This document shows positions 30,457-39,882 of a DNA stretch of 64,000 nucleotides, piece by piece. Under the pieces are notes generated by a model. It made no database searches and was not told where the DNA came from. It worked only from the letters and a program-made list of their open reading frames with translations. The DNA comes from Acidobacteriota bacterium (GTDB taxonomy: Bacteria; Acidobacteriota; UBA6911; RPQK01; JAJDTT01), in NCBI GenBank assembly GCA_965263035.1, contig OZ253580.1:4480001-4544000 (forward strand), read 5' to 3'. How positions within the stretch are numbered: position 1 is the first letter of the stretch; each line of letters starts with the position of its first letter. A program made the position numbers and the translations under genes.

Positions 30457-31095
30457 CTAGCCGATCAGTGCTTTCCCCTCCAGTTCGGCCAGCAGTTTTT
30501 CCAGAGTCTCTTGTGGATTCCCGGAAGCGTCAACCAGCGAGATCCGATCCGGATCCCGCTGTGCCAGCAGTCGATAACCCTCTCGGACCCGCCGGTGGAA
30601 CCGCATGGTTTCGGCTTCGAAGCGGCCCCAAACCTGATTGCCCTCGACGGCATTCCTCCTGCGGGCGCGCGCCAACCCGGATTCCACCCCCAGATCCAGG
30701 ATCAGAGTCAGATCGGGCATGCGGATCCGGAGAGGGCGGGCCAGCTCATCGACCAGGGAGAACCCGATGCCGCGGGCATACCCCTGGTAGGCTAGCGTCG
30801 CGGCGTGGTAGCGATCGCAGAGGACCGTTCGTCCCTGTTGGAGCGCCGGTTCGATCACCTCCGCCAGATGTTGGAACCGGTCCGCCAAGTACAGCAGAAG
30901 TTCGGCCTCGGCCTCCCGGCTGGGTCCTTTGGATTCCAGAAGGATGCGGCGCAGTCGGGATCCGAAGGGAGTCCCGCCCGGCTCCCGGGTCACGACGATC
31001 GGGATATTGCGTCTCTTGAACTCCTCGGACAGCAGCTGCAGCTGCAGCGTCTTTCCCGATCCCTCGATGCCTTCGAGTGCAATGAATCGGCCCAC
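30457..31095 (-). CDS. tmk: Thymidylate kinase
   Basis: FIALEGIEGSGKT, TREPGGT, LCDRY, AYQG. Confidence 0.95.
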   Translation of the reverse strand: MGRFIALEGIEGSGKTLQLQLLSEEFKRRNIPIVVTREPGGTPFGSRLRRILLESKGPSREAEAELLLYLADRFQHLAEVIEPALQQGRTVLCDRYHAATLAYQGYARGIGFSLVDELARPLRIRMPDLTLILDLGVESGLARARRRNAVEGNQVWGRFEAETMRFHRRVREGYRLLAQRDPDRISLVDASGNPQETLEKLLAELEGKALIG

Positions 31096-31195
31096 AGGGC
31101 CTCCGCCGATGCCGAGAAGCACGCCCTCCACCTCGTCCTGAAACAAGGGTTGGTCATAGTACCATATGATTCGGTGGGTGAAGCTTGTGGAATAT

Positions 31196-31355
31196 CAGTC
31201 CGTGGTGAAAGTCCCGCGAGCACCGAGACCGTTCCTGCGCCCGCCGGACCAGGCGCAACGGAGGGAGCAGACCGGGAGTATGTGAGCCGATAGCAACGCA
31301 GTCCGCGCACGATGCGGGGACGGTCGAATGCCGCGACGACTTTTGCCACGGGCTG
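31196..31355. mobile_element. MITE-like family B copy (160 bp)
   Basis: TA|TCAGTCCGTGGTGAAAGTC...GACTTTTGCCACGGGCTGA|TA. Confidence 0.85.
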
Positions 31356-31420
31356 ATATGGCGCGCGCGCGCCGATCTCCATGAGCGCTCACCGATTCAC
31401 CTCGGCTATACTGGCTGTCA

Positions 31421-32110
31421 ATGCAGGATTTGAGATCCCGTCTGGAGAGTCTGCTGGATGAAATCGACCGGACGGCCCGGTCCTGCGGTCGAGACGGACG
31501 CGACATTCAGCTCCTGGCCGTGACCAAGGTGTTTCCCGCCCCGGTCGTTTCCAACGCCGTCGCGGCCGGCCAGACCCGGTTCGGCGAGAATCGGGTTCTG
31601 GAGGCCGCGGCCAAGATTCCTGCCGTGGGCGGCCCCGCATTGGAGTGGCATCTGATCGGCCATCTCCAATCCAACAAGGTGCGCCGGGCGGTTCAGATCT
31701 TCGACGTGATCCAGACTCTGGACAGCGAGAAGCTCATCTCAAAGGTTGCCCGATGCGCCCGAGAGATGGGAAAGGTCCTCTCCATCTATATCCAGGTCAA
31801 TCTTGGCCAGGAGACGCAAAAGCACGGCGCCGACCCCGAAGCCGTGGCACAGCTCGTGCGGCTGGTGGATCGGTCGCCGCCTCTGGTCCTCCGAGGCCTG
31901 ATGGCGATTCCACCCTATGCCGTGGACCCGGAAGCCTCGAGACCCTATTTTCGGCAGTTGGCCCGATTGGCCCGGGAAGTCAGCCGATCCCGACCGGAAC
32001 CCGTGACCGGGCTTTCCATGGGAATGAGCCAAGACTATCGGGTGGCCATCGAGGAAGGAGCCACACTGCTCAGGGTCGGGTCGAAGCTGTTCGGAAAACG
32101 GCCTTCCTGA
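31421..32110 (+). CDS. yggS: PLP homeostasis protein YggS family
   Basis: LLAVTK, FGENRV, WHLIGHLQSNK, LSMGMSQDY, GATLLRVGS. Confidence 0.95.
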   Translation: MQDLRSRLESLLDEIDRTARSCGRDGRDIQLLAVTKVFPAPVVSNAVAAGQTRFGENRVLEAAAKIPAVGGPALEWHLIGHLQSNKVRRAVQIFDVIQTLDSEKLISKVARCAREMGKVLSIYIQVNLGQETQKHGADPEAVAQLVRLVDRSPPLVLRGLMAIPPYAVDPEASRPYFRQLARLAREVSRSRPEPVTGLSMGMSQDYRVAIEEGATLLRVGSKLFGKRPS

Positions 32111-32636
32111 GGCAGCAATGTGGAGGCTAATGGCACGTCCGTGGTGCTTCCATCCGAGGTTCAAAGCAATCGATCGGAAAAGCTTGGCCCTCGCTGCTGT
32201 TCGATGGGTACGCAATCGACACGCGTTGCGCTCGACGGGATCCCAGGAGCCAGCCGTCTCCGTCAACCAATATGAATAGGTCAAAGCAGTGAGCCACACG
32301 GACGCTCTGTTCTCTGAGCAACAGCCGCTCCACCGACTATAATGAGTTCACGCGCCTATTCCCCTATTTGGGGAATTTCTTGGCCGATGTGGATCTAATG
32401 CCACTGTGGAATAAGACGGCTATGGATTAGGCAGGTTATGGGCACGGACTGGAGGCCCGGTGGAATGCCATGGAATGCAAGTGGCTCCAGGGCCACTCAC
32501 GTGGGTGGTTTGACTTATTCTGTCAGGGTGTCCTGCTAAAATTCCATGCTGGAGCGGAGGCTAGTTTCTCATGGCAATAGAATTCACGGGTTGAAGCCAC
32601 TGGCAATAGTGGGTCAATCAAATCCCGAGAAAGTAG

Positions 32637-32756
32637 GTGGAGCGTACGCCAAAAACGAAATGTCGGCCGGTCCGGGTCACCAAAAAACCCGGCCCGAAGA
32701 CTGTGACTGTCAAACGACACGTTCGCAGCAAGCCCAAGCCACTCGACAAATGCTGA
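32637..32756 (+). CDS. Putative 39-aa Lys/Arg/Pro-rich small protein
   Basis: GTG..TGA frame MERTPKTKCRPVRVTKKPGPKTVTVKRHVRSKPKPLDKC; below the ORF-track cutoff. Confidence 0.4.
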   Translation: MERTPKTKCRPVRVTKKPGPKTVTVKRHVRSKPKPLDKC

Positions 32757-33301
32757 TGCTTGGCTAACGTGAGAACCAGCCTTCCTCCAATCCTCAAGCG
32801 TTGTCCAGAAGATCTCCCACGACCACTTGGTCACGAAATTTTTCTGCCAATGCTCTTAGGCCCTATAGCCAAATGCCGGCGGACTGCGAATCCGAATCTG
32901 CGCTACGCCATTGGCGAAACTGGTGCCGCGCGCTTTCACCAATGCTAGACGGCATATGACCCGGACGATCCTCGTCCGTGTTGGCTGACTGAGTCGATGT
33001 CACTGCATCGACGGACGCTAGAGTATGTGTGAGCACTTACGTGATTGTCAAGCATGAATCACACTTAACTCCTTTAAAATCTATGGGTTATGTTGTCCCA
33101 GTGTCTCGAATTCTGTGCTTGCCATGAAATTGGTGTCAGGGGCTCCTGCTAAAAAATCAAATTGTGTCTGTGGCAATTCTGCCATTTTTCCGCTCACTAG
33201 AGATGCCGCCAATGGCCGGTGGGCTTGGCGAAATGGCGGAATTGGACGGACACCGATTTCGACGGGGGTTTTTCTAACAGCTAGAATATCAGGAGGCGAA
33301 G

Positions 33302-36007
33302 ATGGGAAAGCTGGCGGAAGCGGTATCGGGATCTCGGATTCGATTGGAGCACCATTTCTCCAGACCCGACATCCATCCCTTTGACGACGTGGAATGGGAG
33401 ACTCGTTCCGCCGAAATCAAGGATTGGCAGACGGGCAAGGTCAGCTTTCGCCAAGACGATCTGGAGTTCCCCAAGTTCTGGTCCCAACGGGCCACGGACA
33501 TCGTCTCCAGCAAATACTTCCGCGGCCATCTGGGAACCCCCGGGCGGGAGCGGAGCGTCAAGCAGCTGATCGGGCGCATCGTCGACACCATCACGGGTTG
33601 GGGTTCCAAGATGGATTACTTCGACTCGGACGGCGACGCCAAGACCTTCAACTACGAGTTGACCTACCTGCTTCTGCATCAGGTGGCGGCGTTCAATTCG
33701 CCGGTTCAGTTCAACGTCGGGATCAAGAAGAAGCCCCAGTGCTCTGCCTGCTTCATCAACACCGTGGACGATTCCATGGAGCACATCATGAAGCTGGCCC
33801 GGACCGAAGCCACCATTTTCAAGGGCGGGTCCGGCTCCGGCGTGAACCTGTCCAAGATCCGTGCCTCCACGGAACCCCTCGCCGCCGGCGGCTTTGCCTC
33901 GGGCCCCGTCTCCTTCATGCGGGGATATGACAGCTTCGCCGGAGCGATCAAGAGCGGCGGCGCAACGCGCCGGGCCGCCAAGATGGTCATCCTGGACGCC
34001 GAACATCCCGATATCGAGGAGTACATCTGGTGCAAGGCCAAGGAAGAGAAGAAGGCTCAGCAACTCATCGAGTTGGGATACGACGACTCCATCGATGGTG
34101 AGGCCTACCGGTCCGTCCAGTTCCAGAACGCCAACAACAGCGTCGGGGTGACGGATGAATTCATGAAAACCGTGATGTCGGACGGCGAGTGGCGAACTCG
34201 CCGGGTCACCGACGGCAAGGTCCACCGCGTCTACAAGGCTGGCGATATGATGCAGTGGATCGCCGAGGCGGCGTGGCAGTGCGGCGATCCCGGCCTGCAA
34301 TTCAAGACCACTCTCAACGAGTGGCACACCAGTCCCAACGCCGGCCCCATCAATGCCTGCAATCCTTGCTCCGAGTACGTCTTCCTCGACAACTCGGCGT
34401 GCAATCTGGCCTCTCTGAACTTGATGAAGTTCCTGAAGCCGGACGGACAGTTCGACACCAAGTCCTTCCGCCATGCCGTATCCGTCCTGATCCTGGCCCA
34501 GGAGATCATCGTCGACAACTCCAGCTATCCCACCGAAGAGATCGAAGAGATCAGTCACGACTTCAGGACGTTGGGATTGGGATACGCGAATCTGGGCGCG
34601 TACCTGATGGCGCAGGGTCTGCCCTACGACGGCGACCAGGCGCGGAACACGGCCGCTGCCATCACCGCGCTGATGACGGGGCAGGCCTACTTGACCAGCG
34701 CCCGGATCGCCGAGCGCATGGGGACGTTCGCCGGCTTCGAAAGCAACCGTATTCCCATGATGGGTGTCATCCACAAGCACCGGAGCGCCCTCTCCCGGAT
34801 CGATTCGGCCCTGGTGCCCATGAACCTGCTTCACGCCAGCATGGAAGTTTGGGACGAAGCCATCGAGAAGGGGGCTCAAACGGGCTTCCGGAACGCACAG
34901 GTGACTCTGCTGGCGCCGACGGGAACCATCGCCTTCATGATGGACTGCGACACCACCGGCATCGAGCCGGACTTCTCACTGGTGAAGATCAAGAAGCTGG
35001 TCGGCGGAGGCACCCTCAAGATTGTCAACCACACCATTCCCCGGGCTCTCCGGACTCTGGGATACGACGAGGGGGAGCAGAAGGCGATTCTGGACTACGT
35101 CAACCGGAAGGATACGGTAGAGGGTGCGCCCAACCTGGTGAGGGACCATCTCCCCGTGTTCGATTGCGCGGACACTCCGGCAAAGGGGGTCCGTTCCATT
35201 CGTCCCATGGGGCACATCAAGATGTGCGGTGCCGTACAGCCCTTCCTCTCCGGAGCGATTTCCAAAACCGTCAACCTGCCCAATTCGGCCACGGTCGAAG
35301 AGATCAAGGACGCCTATATCCAGGGCTGGAAACACGGGATGAAGTCCGTCTCCATTTACCGAGACGGATGCAAGCTGGTGCAGCCGCTGTCGACCAAGGA
35401 CAGCAGCCGCCAGGTTCTGGCGGCTCAGCACCGGAACATGCCCAAGGATCACCCGGCGCTACAGCATGAATTCCGAATCCGTGGTTTCAAGGGTTTCCTG
35501 ACCATGGGGATGTATCCGGAAGACGAAGAGTTGGGCGAAATCTTCGTCAATTTCTCGAAGCAGGGTTCCACGCTGCAGGGCATGGCCATGGCTTGGGCCA
35601 TCGCCATTTCCATGGGGGTTCAACGCGGAGTGCCTCTGGAGGACTATGTCCGAATGTTCTCCCACATGAGCTTCGAGCCGGCTGGATTCACCGACAATCC
35701 CCAGATTCCGTTCGCGACCTCCATTCCCGACTACGTGGTCCGGTACTTGGCGAGTCGATTCCTGGACACCGAGATCCAGGAGGCGCTCGGCATCCACCAG
35801 GTCCGTCCCAACGGCAGTGTCCAGGATGGCGTCCAGGTGAGTTTTTCCGAGTACTCCCGGTCTGCCGAACCGGCCAGCCCGTCAGGAAAGCTGGTGCAGG
35901 ACGTTCGGGCGGACTCGCCCGCCTGCCTCCAGTGCGGGAACCTGATGCAGCGAAACGGGAACTGTTACGTGTGCACCGTCTGCGGCACCACTTCAGGCTG
36001 TAGTTGA
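33302..36007 (+). CDS. nrdJ: Vitamin B12-dependent (class II) ribonucleotide reductase
   Basis: QCSACFI, GGATRRAAKM, NPCSEY, LAPTGTI, C-terminal TSCPD-like region and CxxC..CxxCGxTSGCS; AGGAGG RBS. Confidence 0.95.
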   Translation: MGKLAEAVSGSRIRLEHHFSRPDIHPFDDVEWETRSAEIKDWQTGKVSFRQDDLEFPKFWSQRATDIVSSKYFRGHLGTPGRERSVKQLIGRIVDTITGWGSKMDYFDSDGDAKTFNYELTYLLLHQVAAFNSPVQFNVGIKKKPQCSACFINTVDDSMEHIMKLARTEATIFKGGSGSGVNLSKIRASTEPLAAGGFASGPVSFMRGYDSFAGAIKSGGATRRAAKMVILDAEHPDIEEYIWCKAKEEKKAQQLIELGYDDSIDGEAYRSVQFQNANNSVGVTDEFMKTVMSDGEWRTRRVTDGKVHRVYKAGDMMQWIAEAAWQCGDPGLQFKTTLNEWHTSPNAGPINACNPCSEYVFLDNSACNLASLNLMKFLKPDGQFDTKSFRHAVSVLILAQEIIVDNSSYPTEEIEEISHDFRTLGLGYANLGAYLMAQGLPYDGDQARNTAAAITALMTGQAYLTSARIAERMGTFAGFESNRIPMMGVIHKHRSALSRIDSALVPMNLLHASMEVWDEAIEKGAQTGFRNAQVTLLAPTGTIAFMMDCDTTGIEPDFSLVKIKKLVGGGTLKIVNHTIPRALRTLGYDEGEQKAILDYVNRKDTVEGAPNLVRDHLPVFDCADTPAKGVRSIRPMGHIKMCGAVQPFLSGAISKTVNLPNSATVEEIKDAYIQGWKHGMKSVSIYRDGCKLVQPLSTKDSSRQVLAAQHRNMPKDHPALQHEFRIRGFKGFLTMGMYPEDEELGEIFVNFSKQGSTLQGMAMAWAIAISMGVQRGVPLEDYVRMFSHMSFEPAGFTDNPQIPFATSIPDYVVRYLASRFLDTEIQEALGIHQVRPNGSVQDGVQVSFSEYSRSAEPASPSGKLVQDVRADSPACLQCGNLMQRNGNCYVCTVCGTTSGCS

Positions 36008-36026
36008 GGCCTCTTCTCGGCGACCC

Positions 36027-36070
36027 GGTGAGGAATTCGGACTAGGAGGCTGCGCCGCGCAGACTCCTAG
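36027..36070. repeat. Adjacent remnants of MITE family C end and a minimal family A element
   Basis: ggtgaggaattcggactag (17/19 match to the reverse complement of 38897-38915) sharing CTAG with ctaggaggctgcgccgcgcagactcctag. Confidence 0.6.
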
Positions 36071-36972
36071 AATGGGGACTTGAACTTTTTCGACAGTCCA
36101 AAAACCACGCCGGAGGACGGATCGGTGTCTCGTAATCCGGCAAAGGCCCCCAGATCCAAATAGAGCCCTCCCACCTGAATCTGCAGGGCGATCCGCAGCC
36201 TCTTCTGTTGCTCGGTTCCGATACCTGATCGACTGGCAATGATGTCGGGTGACACCGGGACTCCCGTGTGACGGCCGGACCCGGCCCTTCCGTAGAAATC
36301 GCCCACCAGATTTATCTTGGAAGTGACGGGGTAGATCATCCCGATCCCATACAGAACCAGGTCATCCTGGGCCGCTGCATCCAACGGGTCCCCCAAGAGG
36401 GCGAGACCCATATTGATGAAGCTCCTCAGGCGGCCGAAGCTCCGCTCCAGAACCAGGGCGGAGAAGATGTTGGCGACGTCCTTTCCGATGCCGGTTTCGT
36501 TCGAAGCGATGGGAATTTGAGCGGCGAAGTGCAGGCCCATTGCCGGCCAACCGTTTTTCTGGTCCATGAAACGGACCTTGGAGCCGACGAAAAGGTCTCC
36601 ATAGTCGCTGGTCGAGTTGCCCGAGAAGGCGAGTCTTTCCGTGTGGGGAGCCGGGAACCTCTCGGATATGCCGAGAAAATCCTGAACGGTCCAGCCCATC
36701 CGGAGCTCGGCCCTGGGTCCGACCCCAAAGCGCAGATCGCAAATGCCGGCGCGGGTGAGGTTCCCCTTCAGTCCCGAGAGCCGGAAAGTGGCGTCTTGGA
36801 GGTACTCGAAACCGAGTCCGAACCGGGTCATTCCTTCGGGAACGGTGCTGGTGGGTTCGGTGATCAGCGGACGCTGCTGAGCAAACAGGGATCCGGAGAG
36901 AAGGACGAGAGCCGGCAGGACCGCGATCCGTTTCATCCGGGGGAGTGTATGGACGCCTCCGAGGCGAGTCAA
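36067..36972 (-). CDS. Secreted probable outer-membrane beta-barrel protein (transporter/Phenol_MetA_deg-like)
   Basis: Signal peptide MKRIAVL..LFA; QRPLITE; GDLFVGSKVRF; terminal Phe. Confidence 0.6.
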   Translation of the reverse strand: MTRLGGVHTLPRMKRIAVLPALVLLSGSLFAQQRPLITEPTSTVPEGMTRFGLGFEYLQDATFRLSGLKGNLTRAGICDLRFGVGPRAELRMGWTVQDFLGISERFPAPHTERLAFSGNSTSDYGDLFVGSKVRFMDQKNGWPAMGLHFAAQIPIASNETGIGKDVANIFSALVLERSFGRLRSFINMGLALLGDPLDAAAQDDLVLYGIGMIYPVTSKINLVGDFYGRAGSGRHTGVPVSPDIIASRSGIGTEQQKRLRIALQIQVGGLYLDLGAFAGLRDTDPSSGVVFGLSKKFKSPF

Positions 36973-37023
36973 CTGCTGTCCGATGTGGGGCTGCGGAGGA
37001 TGAATGAGCGGCGGGGCCCTTAA

Positions 37024-37181
37024 CAGCCCGTGGCAAAAGTCGTCACGGCATTCGACCGTCCCTGCATCCCGGCGGACTGCGTTACGACTCGGTCACATGC
37101 TCCCGGCATGCTCCCTCATCGCGCCTGGTCCGGCGGGCGCAGGAACGGTCTCGGTGCTCGCGGGACTTTCACCACGGACTG
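37024..37181. mobile_element. MITE-like family B copy, first of a tandem pair
   Basis: TA|ACAGCCCGTGGCAAAAGTC...GACTTTCACCACGGACTGT|TA. Confidence 0.88.
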
Positions 37182-37185
37182 TTAA

Positions 37186-37345
37186 CAGCCCGTGGCAAAA
37201 GTCGTCACGGCATTCGACCGTCCCTGCATCGTGCGCGGACTGCGTTACGACTCGGTCACATACTCCCGGTATGCTTCCTCATCGCGCCTGGTCCGGCGGG
37301 CGCAGGAACGGTTTCGGTGCGACGCGGGACTTTCACCACGGACTG
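37186..37345. mobile_element. MITE-like family B copy, second of a tandem pair
   Basis: Direct repeat of 37024-37181 joined through TTAA; abuts the dnaJ stop codon. Confidence 0.88.
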
Positions 37346-38470
37346 TCAACCGAACACTTCCTTGACCTTGCCGAAGAAGCCTTCCTTGTCCTGGTCCGAC
37401 TTCTCAAGAGCGTCCAGCTGGAGCAGCAACTCCCGTTGTTCCCGGCTCAGCCGTCTCGGAAAGGTGACCTTCATCTTGACGAACTGATCTCCCCGGCCGT
37501 GTCCCCGGGGACTCACGACCCCTCGGCCTCTGAGGCGGAATACCGTGCCGGGCTGAGTTCCTTCCGGCAGCCGCAACTTTTCCGTCCCCTCCAAAGTCGG
37601 GACCACCAGTTCGGTCCCCAGCGCGGCCTGAACAAAACTCACTGGAAGTTCGCAGTGAAGGTCGTTCTGATCCCGGCGGAAGAAGGGGTGTTCCTCTACG
37701 GAAAGGACCACGTAGAGGTCCCCTGACGGTCCCTTGTTGGGGCCGGCCTCTCCTTCGCCGAGGATGCGCAGCTTCGACCCTTGGTCGACGCCGGGCGGAA
37801 TCTTGATCTCCAGGACCTTCTCCCGCTGAACCCGTCCCGCCCCGTGGCACCGGCGGCACCGGTTCTTGACGATCCGTCCCGATCCCTGGCACTGGGAACA
37901 GGTGCGGCTGATGGTAAAGAAGCCCTGCTGGTAGCGCTGCTGGCCCTGCCCCTGACAGGCGGGGCAGGTGACGGGACCGGTCCCGGGGTCGGCGCCGGAG
38001 CCGTTGCAGGAATCGCAGGTCTCCTGCCTGGGGATCTTGATCTTCGTCGTGGCTCCGAAAACGGCGTCTTCGAATGAGATTTTGAAATCGTACCTCAGAT
38101 CGGCGCCGCGGCGGGTCCGTGTCCCGCGGCCGGAGCGTCCGCCGCCGAAGATGTCGCCGAAACCGAAGAGATCGCCCAGGATATCGCTGAAGTCGGCGAA
38201 GGGATCGCCGCTGAATCCACCGCCCCCGGCGCCGGCGCCGCTCACACCGGCGTGGCCGAAACGATCGTATTGGGCGCGCTTCTGCGGGTCGACGAGAACG
38301 CTGTAGGCTTCGGCGGCCTCTTTGAAACGCTCTTCGGCCTGTTTGTCTCCGGGATTCTTGTCCGGGTGGTACTTGATGGCGAGTTTACGATACGCCGCCT
38401 TCAGGTCCTGCTGGGTGGCCTTGCGATCCACACCCAGCACTTCGTAATAGTCTCTTTTGGACAAAGCCAC
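37346..38470 (-). CDS. dnaJ: Chaperone DnaJ
   Basis: J domain with HPD, G/F-rich region, four CxxCxGxG repeats. Confidence 0.97.
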   Translation of the reverse strand: MALSKRDYYEVLGVDRKATQQDLKAAYRKLAIKYHPDKNPGDKQAEERFKEAAEAYSVLVDPQKRAQYDRFGHAGVSGAGAGGGGFSGDPFADFSDILGDLFGFGDIFGGGRSGRGTRTRRGADLRYDFKISFEDAVFGATTKIKIPRQETCDSCNGSGADPGTGPVTCPACQGQGQQRYQQGFFTISRTCSQCQGSGRIVKNRCRRCHGAGRVQREKVLEIKIPPGVDQGSKLRILGEGEAGPNKGPSGDLYVVLSVEEHPFFRRDQNDLHCELPVSFVQAALGTELVVPTLEGTEKLRLPEGTQPGTVFRLRGRGVVSPRGHGRGDQFVKMKVTFPRRLSREQRELLLQLDALEKSDQDKEGFFGKVKEVFG

Positions 38471-38576
38471 TTTCTCCCTCTCCCATCGGAGTCACGATTG
38501 AGTTGCGATTCCCGATGAGCGGACGGTAGCCCCTAAAATAAGATCGTTGCCCGGCCGATTCAAGGAATCCGATTCT

Positions 38577-38837
38577 TCAAGCCGGAACGCGCCGGTCCGT
38601 CGAGAAATGCGGGCTCGAGTCTCTCTCCCACGCCGCCGATTCCGTGTGGACGGCCCGGAGATATTCGGCGAGGAAAGAGACTGGTGCCAATTGCGCTTGA
38701 AACCGGAGCAACTGGGGATGGCGCCGGTATCCCCTCGTTCTACCTGCGAGTACCGCCCGGGCCAGGAGGCCCTCTCTCCATAAGGAGACCAGTCCTCGGG
38801 CATCAAGGTACTTGGGATGCAGACTCCAGAAACGCAT
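38577..38837 (-). pseudogene. Pyrimidine-dimer DNA glycosylase/endonuclease V-like protein, probably C-terminally truncated
   Basis: MRFWSLHPKYLDARGLVSLWREGLLA...GYRRHPQLLRF; only 86 aa, and the tail SPHFS is read from a repeat end. Confidence 0.65.
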
Positions 38838-38896
38838 TCGGACATCCTGACAAACTATTTGAAAACTCGGCTATCTCTACGTCGGATGCAGACAGT

Positions 38897-39028
38897 CTAA
38901 CCCGAATTCCTCACCAAGTCGCTGAACTTGGGACGAAAGTGAATTTCATTTCAGTCACTTATCGGTCTGATTCCCAAGTCACCCGGGCGCAGACTGCGCT
39001 GGGTGCGCCCGGGTGAGAAATGCGGGCA
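38897..39028. mobile_element. MITE-like family C element
   Basis: Imperfect TIRs aacccgaattcctcacc...ggtgagaaatgcgggc; internal 13-bp stem 38979-39016; related ends at 38602, 36027 and 41217. Confidence 0.6.
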
Positions 39029-39045
39029 AAAGCTGGCCGTGCGGG

Positions 39046-39882
39046 TCAAGTGCCAATGCTGGGATCGATGAATTCACGCATTGCCGCGGCACACTCCTGC
39101 GGTTGTTCCAGTTGCAGCAAGTGTGTCGCTTCCGGTAGGAAATCGTAGTCGACGGTCAGAATACTGCTCAGATCCATCGTGGGAAGGTACGAGCAGGGCA
39201 AGGTCGGATCGGCTCCGATGACCTTGGTCGGGCAGAGAAGAGCTTCAAAGTCCACCAGCACGGCAAACGCACGAGCGTAATCTACGAGTTGCGCTTCGAA
39301 TCCAGGCGGGCATCGAAGCACATATTCCTTCCCGCCGGCACCTTCACGAAGCGTCGTCCTGGCCACGAGATCGCAGACTCCCGGTACGACGCGTTCGAAG
39401 ACCGGCAAGTAGGGAAGAAAGCCAGCGAACGCTTCCCTGGTTTTAAACCGATCCGTGCGGCGCCGGGTCATAGCGGCCACGCGCATCGTAGCCCGATCGA
39501 ATTTTTCGTGGCTGTCATCCGGCTTGCACAGGGGCGGATCAAACAGGACGCACGCGGAGAATTCGCTTCCACGGGTCGGTGACAGGAGCGTGATCAGAGC
39601 CGAAACGGCGTGAAATACGCCGATTTTCGGCTTGTCTCCGTAGTGGCGGTCGATCGCTTCAAGGATACGCTGGTGGTCACGCACGAGCGTTGGAATGTTG
39701 TGTTCTCGAAGCTTGCCGACGGTATTCCAACCATGGTTTCTGAGGTCATAGATGACCAAGTCGAATTCGTCGGTCAGGAGTGACCAGAAAGGGTAGTAGG
39801 GATCGATGGTGTGTTCACCGGCGTCGAAATACGCGCATATTCGTTGTTGCGGGCGGATCTCTGACAATTCAGCAACGGTCAC
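39046..39882 (-). pseudogene. alpha/beta hydrolase (sup-cluster type), apparently degenerate
   Basis: YYPFWSLL..FDLVIYDLRNHG, LFDPP, PEATHLLQLEQP; Ala at the expected nucleophile position (VFHAVS); the oxyanion HG segment is missing. Confidence 0.6.

Noticed and set aside
32131-32146. TGGCACG as a sigma54 promoter
   Set aside because: The -12 element reads TGGT rather than TTGC at the required spacing
32127-32948. ORF-track calls of 62-103 aa in the yggS-nrdJ gap
   Set aside because: No recognisable domain or clear RBS, and they overlap one another
32110-33301. Cobalamin riboswitch or NrdR boxes upstream of nrdJ
   Set aside because: I could not find the B12-box motifs or a convincing acaCwAtATaTwGtg match by eye
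37021-37347. Tandem repeat as a possible CRISPR array
   Set aside because: The units are about 160 bp with no unique spacers, have TIRs and dispersed copies, and no cas genes are present
37004-37726. 240-aa ORF with an internal repeat, and the N-terminal extensions of rmlB and pcrA
   Set aside because: They are translations of family B element DNA or of dnaJ antisense sequence
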